Source: Burkholderiales bacterium
GTDB taxonomy: Bacteria; Pseudomonadota; Gammaproteobacteria; Burkholderiales; Gallionellaceae
NCBI GenBank assembly: GCA_038210095.1
Contig: JBBQXA010000001.1
Location: 6,732-70,731, forward strand
Reading direction: 5' to 3'
Length of the DNA stretch: 64,000 bases
Shown in pieces: positions 38,459 to 48,674 of this stretch (position 1 is its first letter; each line of letters begins with the position of its first letter). The position numbers and the translations under genes are program-made. The notes beneath the pieces are model-generated. The model did not search any database and was not told the origin of the DNA. It saw only the letters and a list, made by a program, of their open reading frames with translations.

Positions 38459-39241
38459 ATGCTTATCCATCCACAATTCGATCCCGTCGCCCTACAACTC
38501 GGCCCTCTCGCCATCCATTGGTATGGCCTGATGTATCTCGCCGGCTTCATGACCTTCCTGTGGCTTGGTCGCAAGCGCATTGCCATTCTTGGCAATCCGC
38601 AAATCAATGCCAAGCTGCTCGACGACCTGCTGTTCTATGGCGTGCTCGGCGTGATACTCGGCGGCCGCTTCGGTTATGTCCTGTTTTACAAGGCATCCTA
38701 TTACTCCACACATCCGCTCGAAGTTTTCGCCCTGTGGCAGGGCGGCATGTCATTCCATGGCGGCTTCCTCGGCGTACTGGTAGCGATGGCATGGTTCGCC
38801 CGAAAACATAACCTGCACTGGTTACAGCTGACTGATTTCATTGCTCCATTGGTGCCGCCCGGCCTCGCATTTGGACGACTGGGGAATTTCATTAACGGTG
38901 AACTATGGGGACGGCCCAGTGATGTGCCTTGGGCAATGGTATTTCCGCAATCGGATCAACTGCCGCGCCATCCCTCTCAACTGTACGAGTTCGCACTTGA
39001 AGGATTGCTGCTATTCACGCTGCTCTGGCTATATGCGCGCAAACCGCGCCCCATCGGTGCTGTTTCCGGCCTGTTTTTAATCGGTTACGGCAGCCTGCGC
39101 TTTCTGGTCGAATTTACTCGCGAGCCGGACAATTACCTTGGTCTTCTTTCGATGGGCATAAGCATGGGACAGTGGCTAAGCCTGCCCATGGTTATTGCCG
39201 GCCTATTCCTGATGATCCACAGCTTGCGCCGCACAGCTTGA
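38459..39241 (+). CDS. lgt: Prolipoprotein diacylglyceryl transferase
   Basis: [38 protein letters not shown]. Confidence 0.97.
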   Translation: MLIHPQFDPVALQLGPLAIHWYGLMYLAGFMTFLWLGRKRIAILGNPQINAKLLDDLLFYGVLGVILGGRFGYVLFYKASYYSTHPLEVFALWQGGMSFHGGFLGVLVAMAWFARKHNLHWLQLTDFIAPLVPPGLAFGRLGNFINGELWGRPSDVPWAMVFPQSDQLPRHPSQLYEFALEGLLLFTLLWLYARKPRPIGAVSGLFLIGYGSLRFLVEFTREPDNYLGLLSMGISMGQWLSLPMVIAGLFLMIHSLRRTA

Positions 39242-39296
39242 CACACACGGCACTCTCGCCCAACATTCCAGCCTCCCCATCCCCCCTTAGATACCC

Positions 39297-40568
39297 TTGG
39301 ACGACATTCCTTTAAGTACGCTGTTCATAATCCTGTTTCTGTTGTTGATGTGCAGTGCATTCTTTTCCGGCTCGGAAACCAGCATGATGGCCATCAATCG
39401 CCATCGCTTGAATAACTTGTTGCGCAAAGGAAATCGCAGCGCAAAACTGACCCACCGTTTACTGGGAAAACTGGACAAGCTGCTCAGCTCCATCCTACTC
39501 GGCAATACCCTGATTAACGTTGCCGCAGCGGCCTTGGTCAACATCATCGTCCTGCGACTATATGGACAAAATGATCTGGCTATTCTTTCGGGAACCCTGC
39601 TACTCACCTTCGTGTTATTGGTATTCAGCGAAATCATGCCTAAGATTATCGCTGCCACCTACCCGGAACGGATCGCATTACCCGCCAGTTATGTGCTCAC
39701 TCCGCTGATTACCCTATTTCACCCCATCGTTCTGGTAGCGGGCGGACTTGTCAAAGGCATGCTGTGGCTGTTGCGCATCAAGATAGAAACCGACCATAGC
39801 AAACAAAAGTTGACGCTGGAGGAATTGCGCGGACTGGTGCTGGATGCCGAGCACTTTTTGCCGCGCAAACACCAGAAGATGCTGCTAAATCTGGTTGATC
39901 TCGAACGCATCAGCGTTAACGACGTGATGATTCCGCGCAACCAGATCGAAGCCCTGAATATCAATGCTGATGAACGCGAGTTGCGCCAGCAGATCATCAC
40001 CAGCCATCATACCCTGCTGCCGATCTATGAAGACAATCCCGGCAATATTATCGGCATCCTCCACCTTAAACGCGCGCCCGCACTCCTGCAGGGCCCTGCG
40101 CTGGATGCCACCCAATTGCGCGACGTACTTTACGAGCCCTACTTCATTCCATCCGACACACCGCTGCTCAAGCAGCTGCAACACTTTCAGGAGCGCCAGT
40201 CCCGACTCGGCCTAGTCGTGGATGAATACGGCGAGCTGCTGGGCTTGGTAACACTTGAAAATATCCTGGAAGAAATTGTTGGTGAGTTCACTACCCAGTC
40301 GCCATCGCAAACCGGTAAGTTCCTGCGTCAGGAGGATGGCAGCTACCTGCTGGAGGGCAGCTGCAGTTTACGCGAACTGAACCGAAAACTTGGCTTGCAC
40401 CTGCCTCTTAAAGGTGCAAAGACCCTCAATGGCCTTATTCTTGAACACCTTGAGGACATACCGGAATCGGGCACCAGCCTGAAGATCGCGAACCATCCGA
40501 TTGAGATCATCCAGACTCAGGATCGCAGCGTGAAGGTGGCTCGCATCTTCCCCGCCTCAATACACTAA
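39297..40568 (+). CDS. HlyC/CorC (CNNM-CBS) family transporter, YfjD-like
   Basis: SAFFSGSET, FSEIMPK, CBS pair VVDEYGELLGLVTLE, CorC C-terminal domain. Confidence 0.92.
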   Translation: MDDIPLSTLFIILFLLLMCSAFFSGSETSMMAINRHRLNNLLRKGNRSAKLTHRLLGKLDKLLSSILLGNTLINVAAAALVNIIVLRLYGQNDLAILSGTLLLTFVLLVFSEIMPKIIAATYPERIALPASYVLTPLITLFHPIVLVAGGLVKGMLWLLRIKIETDHSKQKLTLEELRGLVLDAEHFLPRKHQKMLLNLVDLERISVNDVMIPRNQIEALNINADERELRQQIITSHHTLLPIYEDNPGNIIGILHLKRAPALLQGPALDATQLRDVLYEPYFIPSDTPLLKQLQHFQERQSRLGLVVDEYGELLGLVTLENILEEIVGEFTTQSPSQTGKFLRQEDGSYLLEGSCSLRELNRKLGLHLPLKGAKTLNGLILEHLEDIPESGTSLKIANHPIEIIQTQDRSVKVARIFPASIH

Positions 40569-40647
40569 GCTCATTCCTACCTTTACAATCAACACAAAGC
40601 TCGGCATCATGCCCGTCAATGTTGGTTAGCGCCCAGAGGGAAACATC

Positions 40648-41865
40648 ATGGCAGTCGCCGCAAAAAAAAATAAAGTAAAAGAAATGTCTTTCCAGTGGGA
40701 AGGCAAGGACAAGACCGGAAAACTGCTCAAAGGCGAGATGCGCGCCGCAGGTAAGAATGTCGTCGCCGCCTCGCTCCGCCGTCAGGGTGTCAACGTCACC
40801 AAGGTCAAGCAGCTCCGTGCCAGCACAAAACCTGTTACCGAAAAAGACATTTCACTCTTCACACGCCAACTGGCCACGATGCTGAAGTCCGGTGTGCCGT
40901 TGCTACAGGCTTTTGATATCGTGGGCAAGGGACATAGCAATCCCTCGGTCGCAAAACTTCTGATGGACATCAAAACTGATGTCGAGACCGGCAGCAGCTT
41001 GCAGCAAGCCTTTAAAAAATATCCGCTGTATTTCGACGAGTTGTACTGCAACCTGATCGGGGCTGGCGAAGCCGCCGGTATTCTCGACACCTTGTTGGAT
41101 CGGCTTGCGACATACAAGGAAAAGATTCAGGCCATCAAAGGCAAGATCAAATCAGCACTGTTCTATCCGATTTCGATCATCGTGGTCGCATTTGTAATTA
41201 CTGCGGTGATCATGATTTTTGTCATCCCGGCCTTCAAGGAGTTATTTTCAGATTTTGGTGCCGACCTGCCCGCTCCCACGCTGGTTGTAATGGCCATATC
41301 CGACGTCTTTGTAACCTGGTGGTGGGCTATCTTCGGCGGCATCGGCGGAACATTCTATACCTTCTTCTATTTCTGGAAACGCAACAAGAAGATGCAAGGC
41401 GTGATGGACAGATTACTTCTGAAACTTCCGATTTTTGGTGAGTTGATCCGCAAGGCTAGCATAGCACGCTGGAGTCGCACGCTGGCCACGATGTTTGCCG
41501 CTGGCGTTCCGCTGGTTGAGGCATTTGACTCTGTTGCCGGGGCCGCTGGCAATGCGGTGTACTTTGACGCCACCAAGCAAATTCAGCGTGAAGTAAGCGC
41601 CGGCAGCAGCATGACTGTTGCGATGCAGAACACGGAAGTATTTCCCAGCATGGTGCTGCAAATGGTCGCCATCGGCGAGGAAGCAGGGTCGCTGGATGCC
41701 ATGTTGAGCAAGGTGGCCGACTTTTACGAGGCGGAAGTAGACGATGCCGTCGAGGCACTTTCCAGTCTGATGGAGCCTATCATCATGGTGGTGCTTGGCA
41801 CCCTGATTGGCGGCATGGTGGTCGCCATGTATCTGCCGATCTTCAAGATGGGTCAGGTGGTTTAA
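40648..41865 (+). CDS. pilC: Type IV pilus inner-membrane platform protein PilC
   Basis: FTRQLATML..GVPL, GEAAGIL, IGEEAGSLDAML, EPIIMV, YLPIF. Confidence 0.95.
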   Translation: MAVAAKKNKVKEMSFQWEGKDKTGKLLKGEMRAAGKNVVAASLRRQGVNVTKVKQLRASTKPVTEKDISLFTRQLATMLKSGVPLLQAFDIVGKGHSNPSVAKLLMDIKTDVETGSSLQQAFKKYPLYFDELYCNLIGAGEAAGILDTLLDRLATYKEKIQAIKGKIKSALFYPISIIVVAFVITAVIMIFVIPAFKELFSDFGADLPAPTLVVMAISDVFVTWWWAIFGGIGGTFYTFFYFWKRNKKMQGVMDRLLLKLPIFGELIRKASIARWSRTLATMFAAGVPLVEAFDSVAGAAGNAVYFDATKQIQREVSAGSSMTVAMQNTEVFPSMVLQMVAIGEEAGSLDAMLSKVADFYEAEVDDAVEALSSLMEPIIMVVLGTLIGGMVVAMYLPIFKMGQVV

Positions 41866-41894
41866 CCCAGGAGCCAGGATACGGAATGTATTAC

Positions 41895-41916
41895 GCAGGT
41901 CGGGCTCAAGCCCGAC
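41895..41916 (+). repeat. REP-like palindrome
   Basis: GCAG-GTCGGGCT-CA-AGCCCGAC between pilC and pilD. Confidence 0.55.
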
Positions 41917-41970
41917 TTTGCTTTTTTCACCCGGATCAGTAACGCATAATCATCCAACTAAACTACCGAC

Positions 41971-42843
41971 ATGTCTGAATTCTTCCAGCTCTTACAATCT
42001 TCCCCTGCCGTTTTTATCGCTACCTGCACAGCATTGGGACTTATGGTAGGCAGTTTTTTGAATGTGGTGATACATCGCCTGCCGAAAATGATGGAAATCG
42101 GCTGGCAGCAGCAATGTGCCGAGATCCGCGGCGAACAGGCCAGTAAAACGGAACGCTACAACCTGCTCTTCCCTCGCTCTGCATGCCCGCAATGCGGTCA
42201 TGCCATCGGTGCATTGGAGAATATTCCCGTCATCAGCTATCTGCTATTGCGCGGCAGATGCAAGGGGTGTGATGCCCGAATTTCGCCTCGCTACCCAGTT
42301 ATCGAGGCGGTCAGTGGTTTATTGTGTGGCTATGCAGCCTGGCATTTCGGATTCGGCTGGTCATCAGCCGGCGCCTTGCTGCTGATCTGGTCGCTGCTTG
42401 CCCTTACCGCCATCGATTTTGACACCCAACTGCTTCCCGATGACATCACTCTGCCTCTGATCTGGATCGGCCTTCTGCTCAATAGCGTTGGAACGTTTAC
42501 CGACTTGCACAGTGCAGTACTGGGCGCGATCTTCGGCTACCTCTCATTGTGGAGCGTGTACTGGCTATTCAAACTCGTCACTGGCAAAGAAGGCATGGGC
42601 TATGGTGATTTCAAATTGCTAGCCGCACTGGGAGCTTGGCTAGGCTGGCAGATGCTACCCCTTATCATTCTTTCATCCTCGCTGGTCGGCGCCGTAGTCG
42701 GCATTACCCTGATCGTCGCGGCCAGACATGGTCGCAATATCCCTATTCCATTCGGCCCCTATCTGGCCGGAGGCGGACTGATCGCCCTATTCTGGGGAGC
42801 TTGGCTTACGCAAAGCTATCTGCAACTACTCGCGGCACCATGA
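41971..42843 (+). CDS. pilD: Prepilin peptidase / N-methyltransferase
   Basis: GSFLNVVIHRLP, CPQC..CKGC, ENIP, EGMGYGDFKL, PFGPYL. Confidence 0.96.
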   Translation: MSEFFQLLQSSPAVFIATCTALGLMVGSFLNVVIHRLPKMMEIGWQQQCAEIRGEQASKTERYNLLFPRSACPQCGHAIGALENIPVISYLLLRGRCKGCDARISPRYPVIEAVSGLLCGYAAWHFGFGWSSAGALLLIWSLLALTAIDFDTQLLPDDITLPLIWIGLLLNSVGTFTDLHSAVLGAIFGYLSLWSVYWLFKLVTGKEGMGYGDFKLLAALGAWLGWQMLPLIILSSSLVGAVVGITLIVAARHGRNIPIPFGPYLAGGGLIALFWGAWLTQSYLQLLAAP

Positions 42844-42876
42844 ATCTTTCACCCGCATGCATAACAGGCTTGTAAC

Positions 42877-43476
42877 ATGCTGGTAATCGGCCTCACGGGC
42901 GGCATAGGTTGCGGCAAGACCACCGTGGCTCAACTTTTCTCAGCGCTTGGCGCTGCCATCATTGACACGGATCAAATTGCGCACCAGCTTACCGGCATTA
43001 ACGGCGCGGCCATCCCCGTCATTCGTGCCGCTTTCGGCGATACCTGCATAGATCACACCGGCGCCTTGAACCGCCCAAAGATGAGGGATTTGATTTTTAC
43101 AGACCCGTCTTCGCGGCTTCAACTCGAACGAATCTTGCATCCACGCATCCTTGCTCAAGCCAAGTTGCAACTGAATGAAATTACTGCGCACTCATACGCC
43201 ATTCTCGTCGTCCCCTTGCTGTATCACTCTCCAGAGTTTCGCCAGCTTGCACATCGTGTACTTGTAGTTGACTGTGATGAACACTTTCAGATAGAGCGCG
43301 TGCTCCAACGCAACAACTTGAACGAAGCTGAGGTGCGCGCAATTATTGCCAGTCAGGCGTCGCGAGTTGAGCGCCTGCAATTGGCCGACGATGTGCTGGT
43401 CAACAATGGCGATCTGCTCATTCTGAATGAGCAAGTTTCCCGACTTCACCAACATTATCTGCAAAACAGCGATTGA
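42877..43476 (+). CDS. coaE: Dephospho-CoA kinase
   Basis: IGLTGGIGCGKTT, IDTD, LHPRI, ADDVLVN. Confidence 0.95.
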   Translation: MLVIGLTGGIGCGKTTVAQLFSALGAAIIDTDQIAHQLTGINGAAIPVIRAAFGDTCIDHTGALNRPKMRDLIFTDPSSRLQLERILHPRILAQAKLQLNEITAHSYAILVVPLLYHSPEFRQLAHRVLVVDCDEHFQIERVLQRNNLNEAEVRAIIASQASRVERLQLADDVLVNNGDLLILNEQVSRLHQHYLQNSD

Positions 43477-43500
43477 CGACATGGCGGCATACAATATACT
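43473..43500 (+). promoter_or_regulatory. Sigma70 promoter for zapD-yacG
   Basis: TTGACG-16 nt-TATACT overlapping the coaE stop. Confidence 0.55.
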
Positions 43501-43545
43501 GTTAGAAAATAATATCCCAACTACTACCCAATCTGCGATTTCAGT

Positions 43546-44304
43546 GTGATAAGTTACGAGTATCCTCTCAGTGAAAAAGTACGCACCATGTTGCGACTGG
43601 AGGATTTGTTCGCCCGCATGGAGTATTTCACCGCACAAGATAGCAGCATGGCTCATCATGCCGCACTGACCAGCCTGTTTGAGATACTTGAAGTTGCCGG
43701 TCGCGCCGACTTGAAATCTGAACTGCTACAGGAGCTTGAGCGTCAGAAGCGGCAACTTGCCGCACTGCACAATAACCCGGCTATTTCCGAAGATGCCCTG
43801 GATGCCATTCTGACTGATATAGAACAAACCTCCACCAGCCTTCTGGCCATGAACGGAAAGATCGGTCTCCATCTGCGTGAAAATGAATGGCTGATGGGCA
43901 TCAAACAGCGATCCTGCATGCCTGGCGGCACTTGTGAATTCGATCTGCCCTCCTATCACTTCTGGCAAAATCAAAACCTTGCTTCGCGGCAAACTGATCT
44001 GCAAAAGTGGCTCGCCCCGTTGCTCCCCATCTCTGCTGGAATTCAGATCGTGCTGCGTATGTTGCGCGAAAATGGCAAGACCCTGCACTTTACTGCCCAC
44101 AACGGAACTTTTCAGCAAATGCAAGGCGGGCGCGTTGCCCAGATGCTGCGAGTCACACTGCCCAGCGGCCTGCTATGCATACCCGAGGTGGGGGCAAACA
44201 AGTATGCGATCAACATCCGCTTCATCGTCGCCAATTACGCGGCCAAATCCAGCCTGTTCGAGCAGGATGTTCCCTTTGAATTAACCTTCTGCAGCCTGTC
44301 TTAA
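43546..44304 (+). CDS. zapD: Cell division protein ZapD
   Basis: YEYPLSEKVRTMLRLE, RADLKSELLQELE, PGGTCEFDLP. Confidence 0.95.
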   Translation: MISYEYPLSEKVRTMLRLEDLFARMEYFTAQDSSMAHHAALTSLFEILEVAGRADLKSELLQELERQKRQLAALHNNPAISEDALDAILTDIEQTSTSLLAMNGKIGLHLRENEWLMGIKQRSCMPGGTCEFDLPSYHFWQNQNLASRQTDLQKWLAPLLPISAGIQIVLRMLRENGKTLHFTAHNGTFQQMQGGRVAQMLRVTLPSGLLCIPEVGANKYAINIRFIVANYAAKSSLFEQDVPFELTFCSLS

Positions 44305-44310
44305 AAGCTT

Positions 44311-44496
44311 ATGCAATCCAAGCCTGTCGTCACCTGCCCGCAATGTGGCAAAGAACATCAATGGGACACCAACAACCCCAGTCGCCCTTTTTGCAGTGAG
44401 CGTTGTAAACTTATCGACTTGGGGAAATGGGCAAACGAGGAGTATCGCGTCGAACAACGCGAACAAGACATGCCTAAGGCCGATTACCAAGCCTGA
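44311..44496 (+). CDS. yacG: DNA gyrase inhibitor YacG
   Basis: CPQC...[17 protein letters not shown]. Confidence 0.95.
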   Translation: MQSKPVVTCPQCGKEHQWDTNNPSRPFCSERCKLIDLGKWANEEYRVEQREQDMPKADYQA

Positions 44497-45434
44497 CGCA
44501 ACAGGGCAATACCGTGTGCGCCGCGTTGACGGGCGGTCGCCATATCAGCTTGATTCAGCCCTCCCAACGCATAAACTGGAATCGCCGCGTTGGCTGCAAT
44601 CGTTGCGAATTGTTCCCATCCCAAATTCGGCTCGCCCGGATGCGACTGAGTTGGAAGTACGGGCGAAAGCAGCACAAAATCGCATCCCAGCGCTTCTGCG
44701 CGGCGCAACTCCTCAACTGAATGACAGGAAGCCGCGCACCAGTCCACGTCCGGACGCTCATTAAACTCTGTAAGTTGAGCACCCGTTAGCTGTACTCCAT
44801 CTGCGCCCACCTCCTGCACCAGTGCCAGATCACCATTAAGCAGCACCTTGGCACCGTAGGCATGGGCCAGCTTCACGACTCGCAGCCCCAGCTCGCGCAC
44901 CAATTCCCGTGCAAACTTTTTTTCACGCAACTGCAGCAGCTTCAATCCATTTTTCAACGCCACCTCCAGCCTCCGCATGAACTCTTCAACTCCCAGTTCT
45001 GACGCATTGCTGATGGCATACAACGGTGGCAATTCCAGCGCCCGCAATACCGGCACATTGGCGGGGAGAACAGGCGAAACATTCACTTCCGGCGCCACCT
45101 GCCACGCGAACTGCTGCCCCTCATGCGGATGCAGTTCGCCACGCCATTCCGTCACGCGGAAAAAACTCAATCGCACCGTCCCGTGTGGATAATTAAATAC
45201 GCGAGTGATCCAAGGATAGGCAACTGTAACTTCAATACCCAATTCTTCCTTTAACTCGCGTACCAGTGCCTGATGCGTAGTTTCACCATGCTCAAGCTTG
45301 CCACCGGGGAATTCCCAGTAGCCAGCCCAAATTTTGTCCACTGGGCGCTGTGCCAGCAGGATTGATCCATCTGGGCGCTGCAGCACGGCAGCGGCCACTT
45401 CGACTATGCTTGGGGATTCAGTTGATTTGCTCAA
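44484..45434 (-). CDS. mutT: MutT Nudix hydrolase fused to a thiamine-phosphate-synthase-like domain
   Basis: WEFPGGKLE...RELKEELG Nudix box; QLREK, SCH, SPV, PVYALGG. Confidence 0.88.
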   Translation of the reverse strand: MSKSTESPSIVEVAAAVLQRPDGSILLAQRPVDKIWAGYWEFPGGKLEHGETTHQALVRELKEELGIEVTVAYPWITRVFNYPHGTVRLSFFRVTEWRGELHPHEGQQFAWQVAPEVNVSPVLPANVPVLRALELPPLYAISNASELGVEEFMRRLEVALKNGLKLLQLREKKFARELVRELGLRVVKLAHAYGAKVLLNGDLALVQEVGADGVQLTGAQLTEFNERPDVDWCAASCHSVEELRRAEALGCDFVLLSPVLPTQSHPGEPNLGWEQFATIAANAAIPVYALGGLNQADMATARQRGAHGIALLRQAW

Positions 45435-45500
45435 GATGACTTCTCTACGACTTAGTGCAAGTTGAAAATAAGTTTTCAGTGAGACTCCAGCAGCCTTTGC

Positions 45501-46628
45501 CTACCACTCCCTGAACGAGACACCAAGGCCATATGTAGTCTGCCTATGGTTATAGTCGATCAAACTTTCGCCGTAGCCCGATGATACTTGAGCATGCAAT
45601 TTGGCAGATTTCCCGACAAATACCGGCGTAGTCCAGTCTATCTGCATGAAACCGCGGTTCTGACTGGTGCGCAGATTGTTGCGCAGCAACACCGCTACCG
45701 ATTGGGTCTCATCCGGCTCCCAGCGTATGAGGGCATCGGCGACCCCAAGATAACTTTGAATATCCGGATTATCGTCCACCAGATTACTTTCAGGTAGCCG
45801 CCACCAACCACGCGCCAACACTGACCAGTTATCGTCCCACTCCCAGCCACCCTGCACATACAGACGATTCCAACTCCTGGAGCCCCCCAGCGAACGTCCA
45901 TTCGATTGATGCGCGAGGCCAACATTGACCAGCTTCAATCCCTGCGGATTTTCCGTACCGAAAGTTGCGATCAGTTCCGGCTCATAGTTTGTTTCCCGAA
46001 ACGGCGATGAATTTCGGCTATTAAATGCCTGCCAATTGGACTGCTGTGTATAGGCTCCCCATAAACGGAAAGTATCAAAATTAAACCAATTGATTTGTCG
46101 GTAACTCAAAACTTCCGCCTTGAAGCTGAATTGAAATTTTGCTTCCAACACGTCAAGATCAAGCGGTGTAGTTGTGCTATGGCCTGCTGCCGGGGAATAA
46201 GGCAAACGGTTAGGCTGGATCGAGTTGCGCAAGATGAGATAGCTACTGCGGTATGGTCTTACCGGCGCTAGCTGCTCACCTCCCTCTCGGCCCCTCCCAT
46301 CCAGATTCCAAGCCTTGGTCAAATAGCTGCGACCACTCCACTTCTCGCGTTCTTCTTTTTCCGATTTTTCCGCAGACAAATTCGAGGGGGTGTCCGGCAA
46401 GGCTGACTTGTCAGTCAACGCTGGCAACTCGACATTAGGCATCACTACTGCCTGCTGATGGGCAAGATCGTCATAGCACTTCAGTCGCTGGACATTATCA
46501 AGGTTGCCCGCACATTGCTGCAGATCATTCGCTGCCTGAGCTTCGATTGTGACCATACACAGTCCGAGCAATAACCCTTTGCCTAGAAACTTGCGCTGCG
46601 CGCCTGTAATTGAAAAATTGATCGGCAT
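45501..46628 (-). CDS. pldA: Outer membrane phospholipase A
   Basis: KFQFSFK, YTQQS.WQ, PFRETNYEPE, HQSNG, SRSWNR, GYGESLIDYN. Confidence 0.93.
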   Translation of the reverse strand: MPINFSITGAQRKFLGKGLLLGLCMVTIEAQAANDLQQCAGNLDNVQRLKCYDDLAHQQAVVMPNVELPALTDKSALPDTPSNLSAEKSEKEEREKWSGRSYLTKAWNLDGRGREGGEQLAPVRPYRSSYLILRNSIQPNRLPYSPAAGHSTTTPLDLDVLEAKFQFSFKAEVLSYRQINWFNFDTFRLWGAYTQQSNWQAFNSRNSSPFRETNYEPELIATFGTENPQGLKLVNVGLAHQSNGRSLGGSRSWNRLYVQGGWEWDDNWSVLARGWWRLPESNLVDDNPDIQSYLGVADALIRWEPDETQSVAVLLRNNLRTSQNRGFMQIDWTTPVFVGKSAKLHAQVSSGYGESLIDYNHRQTTYGLGVSFREW

Positions 46629-46637
46629 GATTTCTAC

Positions 46638-47567
46638 TTAATGCAGATTCACCATCGGCTTAAATCCGAGCCTATCCTGCAATCCACTCGCGCTGCTGCG
46701 CGCCTCATCCTGATTGGCATAGGGGCCGATATGAACCCGTGCGAGCCCAGCCTGCAGGAAGATGCTGACCTGCTTGCCAACATCTGCAAGTTCTGACTGC
46801 ATTTTGGCCATGAAAATTTCTGCCGCTTCACGCGATTTGAATGCCCCCAATTGCAGGTAGATCTTCCCTGCTGTCGATACGAACTTTGCTGGCGGTGCAG
46901 ACTGGGCAAGCGGCCTAGTTTGCACTGGCTCAGCATTGGTCACGTTGCTGGTGATCGCATTCAGCGCGAGGCTCTCGACTTCCACTTCAGCACTTCCTGT
47001 TCCGATGATGCCAAGCTTATGAGCGGCGACATAGGAGAGATCCATCACGCGATCGTGCAAAAAAGGCCCGCGGTCATTGATGCGCACCACCACCGATTTG
47101 CCGGTTTCGGTCCGGGTAACGCGCGCATAGCTGGGGATAGGCAAGGTCGGATGCGCCGCCGTCATGGCGTACATGTCGTAAGTTTCTCCGCTGGAAGTAC
47201 GCTGACCGTGGAATTTTTTGCCGTACCAAGATGCGATGCCCCGCTCCTTGTAATTGCCGGCGATCGTTATCGGGGTATAGCTCTTGCCAAGCGCAACGTA
47301 GGGACGGTTGGCATAGCGATGCAGCGGCTCACTCTTCGGCACGGCATCCGGTATCTGATCGAGATTGCTCGGGACGTTTACACCGGGACCATCGCCAACC
47401 AGATAGCCCCCTGGGCCGCCCGAGCTGTAGTCATTGGAAGTGCCGCCTATCGAGCGATTTTCAACCGGAGCGGCCGAGGCGCGCACTTCGGCCTTGCGCG
47501 GCGGCGTGCTGCCGCAAGCGGCTAGCATCATGGTTGCCAATGTCAAAATCGTGATTTTCCTGACCAT
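46638..47567 (-). CDS. rlpA: Septal ring lytic transglycosylase RlpA (DPBB + SPOR)
   Basis: Lipobox LAAC, GIASWYG, TAAHPTLP, RINDRGPF, SPOR LQLGAF. Confidence 0.95.
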   Translation of the reverse strand: MVRKITILTLATMMLAACGSTPPRKAEVRASAAPVENRSIGGTSNDYSSGGPGGYLVGDGPGVNVPSNLDQIPDAVPKSEPLHRYANRPYVALGKSYTPITIAGNYKERGIASWYGKKFHGQRTSSGETYDMYAMTAAHPTLPIPSYARVTRTETGKSVVVRINDRGPFLHDRVMDLSYVAAHKLGIIGTGSAEVEVESLALNAITSNVTNAEPVQTRPLAQSAPPAKFVSTAGKIYLQLGAFKSREAAEIFMAKMQSELADVGKQVSIFLQAGLARVHIGPYANQDEARSSASGLQDRLGFKPMVNLH

Positions 47568-47576
47568 AGTTACTCC

Positions 47577-48674
47577 TTATGTTTTGTTCAGCTTCTTGTG
47601 TGTTTCAATGCTCATGAGCATGCCCAAACCCAACAGCAAGGTCAGCATTGAAGTTCCACCATAACTCACCAGCGGCAAAGGTACGCCGACAACGGGCAGA
47701 ATACCGCTGACCATGCCCATATTTACGAAGGCATAGGTGGCAAAAGTTAACGTGATGGAGCCGGACATCAGACGCGTGAAATACGTTGAGGCATTGGCCG
47801 TAATGATAAATCCGCGTCCAATCACCAGCAGAAACGCCGCAATCAGCAATACATTACCGATTAACCCGAACTCTTCGGAAAATACCGCAAAGATGAAATC
47901 GGTAGTGCGCTCCGGCAAGAAGTTCAAATGCGTCTGGGTACCTTGCAGATACCCTTTTCCAAGAATACCACCCGAGCCTACCGCGATCATACCCTGTATG
48001 GTGTGATAGCCTTTTCCCAGCGCATCCTGTGAGGGATCCAGCAACATCAAAATGCGGTGACGCTGATAGTCGTGCAACATAGACCACATGAAGGGCGCGC
48101 TGGCCAGTGCAATAGCGAATAGCGTACCCATCACACGCCAGCTCAATCCGGCCAGAAACAACACGTAGAATCCGCTTGCGGTAATCAGAATTGACGTTCC
48201 AAGATCGGGTTGGCGCGCGATCAGCCCAACCGGAACCAACAGCAGCAAGGCCGCTATGACATAGTTTTTTGCTGTCAGTGTGGCTTCGTTTTTCTCGAAA
48301 TACCATGCCATCATCAGCGGCACGCCGATCTTCATCAGTTCTGACGGCTGTATCGTGGCAAAGCCCAGATTCAGCCAGCGTCGTGCGCCATGGCTAATCT
48401 CGCCGAACAGTGCGACGCCGACCAACAGCAACAAGCCAAGGACATATACCGGTACGGCAGTGCGCATCAAGTAGTGCAGAGGCAGGTTCGCGACCGCCCA
48501 CATGGCGATCAGTGCCACCACGATGTTGAGCATCTGCTTCAGTGGCGGGCCCCAGTTTGCGCCATCCGCGCTGTAAAGCACGATCAGGCTGGTCAGCATC
48601 AGCAGAGCTATCCCCAGCATCAGTGGCGGGTCAATGTGCGCAATAAAGCGCTGCCATAATTGACGTTTAGTCAT
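47577..48674 (-). CDS. rodA: Rod shape-determining protein RodA
   Basis: GARRWL, QPSELMK, QPDLG, LPERTTDFIF, SYGGTS. Confidence 0.96.
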   Translation of the reverse strand: MTKRQLWQRFIAHIDPPLMLGIALLMLTSLIVLYSADGANWGPPLKQMLNIVVALIAMWAVANLPLHYLMRTAVPVYVLGLLLLVGVALFGEISHGARRWLNLGFATIQPSELMKIGVPLMMAWYFEKNEATLTAKNYVIAALLLLVPVGLIARQPDLGTSILITASGFYVLFLAGLSWRVMGTLFAIALASAPFMWSMLHDYQRHRILMLLDPSQDALGKGYHTIQGMIAVGSGGILGKGYLQGTQTHLNFLPERTTDFIFAVFSEEFGLIGNVLLIAAFLLVIGRGFIITANASTYFTRLMSGSITLTFATYAFVNMGMVSGILPVVGVPLPLVSYGGTSMLTLLLGLGMLMSIETHKKLNKT

